Positions 13,198 to 64,000 of a stretch of DNA of 64,000 bases are shown here, piece after piece (positions within the stretch are counted from its first letter, which is position 1; the number at the start of each line of letters is the position of its first letter). The position numbers and the translations under genes are program-made. The notes under the pieces were generated by a model. The model saw nothing but the letters and a program-made list of their open reading frames with translations. It ran no database searches and was not told the DNA's origin. The DNA lies in NCBI RefSeq assembly GCF_006345805.1, contig NC_042997.1, positions 114,762,001 through 114,826,000 on the forward strand, read 5' to 3'. The stretch is from Octopus sinensis. Its lineage: Eukaryota.

Positions 13198-15250
13198 AAG
13201 TACTGTTGCTGAATATCTCTTGTTGTGAGATTTAAAAATAGTTATTTTCACAGATATATATATTTTGTACTTGACTATTTGTCTTGTCCATAACAGAAGA
13301 AGCAGAGCAGATGCTAGAGTGATAGATCTATCACTTTAGCTTTACATATTACCAAGACCATAAACTGGGTTACCATAGAGAAACCAATATCGTAGCCTTG
13401 GCCAGTACCCCCTGACTGGCTTCCCTGCCGGTAGCACATAAAAAGCACCATCTGAACGTGGTTGATATCAGGTCCGCCTGACTGGCTACAGCGCCAGTGT
13501 TACATAAAAAGCACCAACCGAACATGGCCAATGCCAGTACCTCCTGACTGGCTCCTGTGCTGGTGGCATGTAAAAAGCACCCACTATGCTCTTGGAGTGG
13601 TTGGTGTTAGAAAGGGCATCCAGCTGTAGAAACATTGCCAGATCAGATTGGAGCCTGGTACAGCCGCTGGCTCTCCAGACCTGTCAAACCGTCCAACCCA
13701 TACCAGCATTGAAAGCAGATGTTAAACGATAATGATGATGAATTATCATAAGTGATACAGATTAGAATGTCCAGTTACAAACCACCTGGAAACTAGGGAC
13801 AAGCTTAGCTGTTGAAGCCAATGTTAATCTCGACAGTCCTGATGGTGGTGGTGCTCCAACATGAACATGTAGTCAACAAGATGGAACAGTGAGGGCAAGT
13901 GCGAGCGTGAGGGAACTACTAACTGAATGTGTGTGAGGTTTTTTTTTATTTAATTTTTTTTTTACTTGTTTCAATCATTAGGCTGTGACCATGCTGGGGC
14001 ATTGCTTTGAGGAATTTTAGTTGAATGAACCGACACCAGTATTTTGTTTTTTAAAGCCTACTGCTTATTCTATCAGTCTCTTTACCGAACCACTAAGTTA
14101 CATGGACATAAACACACTAACAGCAGTTGTCAAGCAGTGGTGAGACACACACAATGGTTTGCGTTTGCCAAATCCACTCACAAGGCTTTGGTTGGCCTGA
14201 GGTAATAGTATTAGACACTTACTCGAAGTGCCACACAATGGGACTGAACCCAGAACCAAATGGTTTGGAAGCAAACTTCTTACACTGACATGCTTGCCTC
14301 TGAATTTTATTTGTATGTGTGAGTGTGTGTCATCATTGTCGTTTAGCATCCGCTTTCCATGCTGGCATGGGTTGGATTGTTTGACTGGGGATTGGCAAAC
14401 CAGAAGGCTGCACCAGACTCCAATCTGATCTGGCAGTGTTTCTACAGCTGGATTCCCTTCCTAACGCCCACTACTCCAAGAGTGTAGCGGGTGCTTTTTA
14501 CATGCCACCAGTACAGGAACCAGTCAGGCAGCACTGGCATTGGCCATGTTCGGATGCTGCTTTTTGTGTGCTACTGGCACAGGGGCCAATTGGGGCGCGG
14601 AGGCTGGGGAATATGTGTACATGTATATTATAAGAGTTTGACTCAGACCCATATCACTTAAAATTTTCATGGACATAGGGCATGTCCACCTCATCATGTG
14701 TTCAGACATCAGATGTCTCCAAACGCCTGATGAGGTAGACAGCTTTACGTAGAGCTGAGTCAGACTGTTTTTAAATACATGCAACTCCTGCCAAATATAT
14801 CAAGTACTAATTCCTTTCGTTTGTTCCTTTTCTTCTGTGTGTGTGTGTGTGTGTACAAATCATCATCATCATCATCATCATCTATGTGCTGTCATTGGAA
14901 AGTAGCCTTTGGAAATTGAAAGTGACCAGATACAAGAAGAAGTGGTGATATTAGTTCTCAAGTTGCACAGCTTTACAGAAGAGATAACAGAAAACAGATG
15001 ATTCTTTATATGTAGGGGTGCTGACCGAAACGTGTTAACAACAAACAAGATGAGGACAAATATCCATCAATTGTAAATAATGTATATGTATATGTATATC
15101 GAAAAATATCTTAGGAATGAGAACCCAGGTTCGAAATTTCCCAAAGACACCTGGTGAAGGCTGGAGGGTATATCAACCGAAACGTGTTAACAACAAACAA
15201 GATGAGGACAGATATCCATCAATTGTAAATTATTTGTGTATGTATATATA

Positions 15251-15414
15251 TGAGGGTGCTGAAAAGAATGTTCAGTTAATTATGATTTTATTCAACATAT
15301 TCCCCTCTCAGATTCACATACTTATTTCAGTATTTCTAAGAACTCGGATGGTTGGACCACCAACCAGGCCTTTTGCGATAACCTTAAAGCAAGGAACTTT
15401 TCAGCACCCCATCA
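15251..15414. mobile_element. Mariner-type MITE about 80 nt upstream of the SPG7 exon at 15495
   Basis: TIRs gagggtgctgaaaag / cttttcagcacccc in a TA-rich context. Confidence 0.65.
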
Positions 15415-15494
15415 TTTATATATATGTGTGTGTGTGTGTGTGTGATGAGTTTACGCATATATGTTTAATATGGGATTTTTTTTTGTTCTTTTAG

Positions 15495-59718
<44,224 letters not shown>

Positions 59719-60736
59719 ATGGAACAATCCAAAGACTAGAGACCAAATTTTCTTAGCCTGTTTGTTATGAAGTGTTTTAAATATAGGAATAAAATTTATT
59801 TATTTAAGAAAAATTGAAGTGTTTTTAATTTATTTTATTGAAAATATGAAACAATGCAAAATAGTAATTAATCTGTTATTGGCTTCAAATTTTGGTGCCA
59901 GGCCAGCAATTTTGAGGGGTAGGGGAAAGTCAATTACATTGACCCCCTGTGTTCATCTGGTAGTTATTTTATCAGCCCTGAAGCGGGATGAAAGGCAAAG
60001 TCAACCTCAGTGGAATTTGAACTCAGAATATAAAGACAGACGAAACGCTGCTAAGAATTTTACCTGGAGTGGTAACGATTCTGCCAGGTCACTGCCCTAC
60101 AAATTAATCTATAATTAAGATGATTGGATTGGGGTACAAGAATGGCTTTGTGTGTTGACGAGTATGGAAGGTCATATGGGTTGGGATACAGGCATAGCTG
60201 TGTAGGGTTGGGAACAAAAGCAAAGTTAAGTAAGGGTCAGAGGTATGACTGGTTAACGGATACAAGTGTAGCTGGATGGTGAAGGAGTTTACTTTGCAAT
60301 CCTGGTTTGGGGTTCAGTCCTACTGTGCAGCACCTTAGGCATGTTTCTTCTACTATGACCTCAATTCTACCAGTGTTTTGTTAGTGAATTTGATTCTGAA
60401 AAAGAAGATCTGTTGAGGATGTGTAAATCAAGTGAGATCCTCATTAGTAGTGAGGCCTTGCATTTATTGTGAGCTTAAGGGTCCATGTTTATCAGCATTA
60501 TTATTATTATTATTGTTATTATCAAATTTATTATTGTTTTAACATCCACTCTTTCATGCTTGCATGAGTCAGATGAGTACATTGAGACTGAGTTATTCTT
60601 TCTGTCACCAACCCCCACTTGTTTCCAAGTGAAGTGCCAATCTCCCAGTCTGTTGAAGAGCTAACAAGCCTGGACATATAGCCTTACTGATAATCAATAC
60701 ATAAACAAACTATTTCTAACACTGTTATGTGTTGTA

Positions 60737-61244
60737 CGAGGGTAAGTCAAAAAGTAATGCCATTTTGTTTAGGACAGGTATAATTACCAACACAGGAACA
60801 TGTATCATACATCAAAATGAAGCTGGTCCTCTCTGGATTACATCCCTACTTCTCAACATAGTCACCGTTTCTCTCAATAGCAATGTTCCACCTTTGAATG
60901 AGAGCATGTATCCCTGCCTCGTAAAATCCTGTTGACTGTTCTTTGAGCCACTTCTTCGCTACAGTTTTCACTTCCTTGCTACTGGACTATCATCTCTTCG
61001 GCCCCATGAAAGAGGGTTTGAGAGGCAAACATTATTCCATTGACAAGGAAGTGAAAAACTGTAGTGAAGAAGTGGCTCAAAGAACAGTCAACAGAATTTT
61101 ACAGGGCAGGGATACATGCTCTCATTCAAAGGTGGAACATTGCTATTGAGAGAAACGGTGGCTATGTTGAGAAGTAGGGATGTTCCTGTGTTGGTAATTA
61201 TACCTGTCCTAAACAAAATGGCATTACTTTTTGACTCAACCTCC
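60737..61244. mobile_element. Mariner-derived palindromic MITE retaining the transposase C-terminus
   Basis: TA-flanked; DYHLFGPMKEGLRGKHY..(frameshift)KWLKEQSTEFYRAGIHALIQRWNIAIERNGGYVEK*; left arm is an inverted copy of the right end. Confidence 0.9.
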
Positions 61245-61769
61245 TAGTTTTCTTTTTATGACACCAGTCTGAATACATTTTGATTGGACCACGTATGTAT
61301 ATAAGGAACCTCTAATGGACAGTGGAGGAGACAAAGACCTCATCACTTCTACATCTAAAATAATAAACAATCAATGAACAAAAAAGAGAAAGAAGAAAAT
61401 TGTTTAGCTTAACCGAAGGGTTGGGAAAATAGTTAATATTGATCTCTGGGGTGAGGCTGGGAGCCTATGTGGCTCAATGAGCATCGAGGGTGCTGAACTA
61501 TTAACAAACTGGATCTATATAACAGTGTTTAAGGCTTAAACACACTAATTCCCAGCCAAATATCGATGCAATATAAACTGGTATTCACCAAACATATATT
61601 TCATATTAAATATTTCAACTGTATTAATATGATATAACTGGATTTTTTATAGTTCTTTATCAATTTAAGTATTTTCATAACATAATCCTAGCTGTGGCTA
61701 AAATGCTTTCCATTGTAGAGGTGCTCAGTCAGAGTTAAGCTGAGCATAAACAGAGAGAAAATCCCCTGA

Positions 61770-61900
61770 TGTTCCGAACTAGATCGTGTGCGTTTTTATA
61801 AACAAGCATCTACGTTAACTTCCCGCGAATTCTTTCCGAAATTACACGAATGCTTAACGGTCGAAGGGAAGCAACTGCGACTGCAGGAAGTCAGGAGTTA
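61770..61900. promoter_or_regulatory. CpG-rich non-repetitive patch, possible promoter or 5' end of a neighbouring gene
   Basis: About 11 CpGs in roughly 120 bp against a CpG-poor gene body; contains an ETS-like CAGGAAGT. Confidence 0.4.
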
Positions 61901-64000
61901 TGTTTCTTAGTATATTCTTGATATCTCTGGTTTCAAAAAATTTCTTTGTTCGTTCTAACCTGAGCAAGTTTCTCCTTCAAAAACTGCTCTAAAAATAAAC
62001 ACGTCTCTTTTCTAGCACTTGCGGGATAAAAATGCCAAACCAAAAACAGGACAGCATAACCTAGAAAATCGTATGCATAGCAGACTCCCTTAGAAATATA
62101 AAAAATAGAGAAGCCTCTATTGTCCGGTTGCTCAGTTCTGTATATTTTCCTGCCCTGCATCTGTTGCGATTGGAGCTATTATCTGTCAGAGACATCACTG
62201 TAGTTTATAATAAACTTATGAATAATAAAAAAAAAATCCATACGACACAGTAAATATAGATATTCGGCTAAAAAGTCCGCTAACTATTAACTCCTGTTCG
62301 TCCGTTGAGTGATGTAATATTTATAAGCGATACATTCATTAATCATTCATATCTTATTTGTAAATTGGTTTAGATCAAAGCAACTGTCCCGTATAAATCA
62401 GTATTTTGGAAATAAGCGATTTTCCAGCCTTTTCTTTTGTGTTTTATTGATTCCAGGTTTTGGCCCAAGGCCAGCAATTTTAAAGAAGAGAATTCTATTA
62501 CATCCACTTCAGTTGTTCTCTGGGAAAAGTTATTATCTTTTGGTGCCTTATAATTTAACACACTCACCAGTAAAATTTCCACTTATTTATTTTTTATTTT
62601 TCTAAAATTTTTGTTGCGTCTTGCAAGCTTTTCAATAGAAAAATAAAAAAAGAAATAAGTGGAAATTTTACCGGTGAGTGTGTTAAATTATAAGACACCA
62701 AAAGAGAATGACTCTCCCCAGACGCAATAGAATATGCTTCAACACACGAACTCACATAAAGAATCTTGCAAACCAAATCCAAAAACGAAATATCGACTCC
62801 AGTGTTTCGCTGGTACTTATTTTATCGACTTCGAAAGGATTAAAGGCAAAGTTGACCTTGGCGGAATTTGAACTCACAGTGTAGAGACGGACTAAATGTC
62901 GCTAAATATTTTGCTTACCGTGCAAACGATTTTGCCAGCGCACCACCTTTCCTTTGTGTATTATTAAAACGACTAGATGACCCCGGTCAATGTTATCTAG
63001 TGGTTGTCTTTTGAGATGTGACATCGATCATCGTTTATTACTGAAAGAATGCTAGTTCACACATACAAACGTTCACATACTACTTCCCTTGTACATGCAC
63101 ACACATACATACACTCACACAGAGTTGAAACGCTGTTTGATTTTTCTTTTCAGCATTGAATGTTTACCATCCCACTTCCATTACACACACGCACGCACAC
63201 ACACACGCACACACACATACACACACACGCAAACATTCACATACCTCCCTTTTACATACACACACACATATACTCGCACAGAGCTGTATGCTCTCACTAC
63301 CAATTTGCCATCACCCCCTTCCTTTCTCATTCATATGTTGTGACGGAGAAAGTCACAAGAGTATTATTATAGTAGATGGTAGGCAACAAATGGGCAGAAG
63401 CGTGAAAGCGTCGGGAAAATTGCTTTGCAGTATTTCTCTTGGCTGTTTATGTTCTGAGTTCAAATCCTGCCAAGGTCAAATTTGCCTTTAGTTTTTCTGA
63501 AGTCGGTAAAATACTCTACTAGTCACATGGCATCAACTCACCCACTTTCCCTTCAAACTGCTGGCATTGTTACAATATCAGAAACCGCTTTGAAAAAGAT
63601 GCGCACGTGTGTCCGTGCGAGTGTGAATGCACTGTGTTTTACCTTCACTAATCTGAAGTCCCAACAGCATCATCATCATCCTTGTTTAACGTCCGTTTTC
63701 CATGCTAGCATGGGTTGGACGGCCATATTTCTGCTATATCAACCACAAGTGTCCCTGATACCCTAACATAAATTTTGGTTTCTGTCACAGACTATCAACC
63801 ATAAATATTACACTTTCTCTTGAATCTGGTTATACTCTTTACTCTTTACTCTTTTACTTGTTTCAGTCATTTGACTGCAGCCATGCTGGAGCACCGCCTT
63901 TAGTGGAGCAAATCGACCCTGGGACTTATTCTTTGTAAGCCCATTACTTATTCTATCGGTCTCTTTTACCGAACTGCTAAGTGACGGGGATGTAAACACA

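Overview
AT-rich, repeat-dense eukaryotic genomic DNA; the (GAT)n-tailed RTE 3' ends, tRNA-derived SINEs and microsatellites look like an Octopus genome (inference). The main gene is a + strand paraplegin (SPG7, mitochondrial m-AAA protease subunit). I reconstructed 17 phase-compatible GT-AG coding exons from 15495 to the stop at 59718 (about 663 aa) with two TM segments, Walker A/B, SRH and HEXXH all intact; the N-terminal targeting exon(s) were not located with confidence. Three phase-compatible exons at 2557-6346 may be the 3' end of an unidentified upstream gene, and a CpG-rich patch near 61.8-62.3 kb may mark a neighbouring gene. Introns hold RTE, CR1 and Penelope-like fragments, several SINE families, mariner, hAT and other MITEs, a Helitron and several near-perfect hairpins. 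The most notable signal is a set of minimal type-I hammerhead ribozyme motifs of the Penelope-associated dimeric kind in two repeat families, one of which carries a tRNA-like Pol III head. Almost all ORFs in the supplied track are repeat or microsatellite artefacts.
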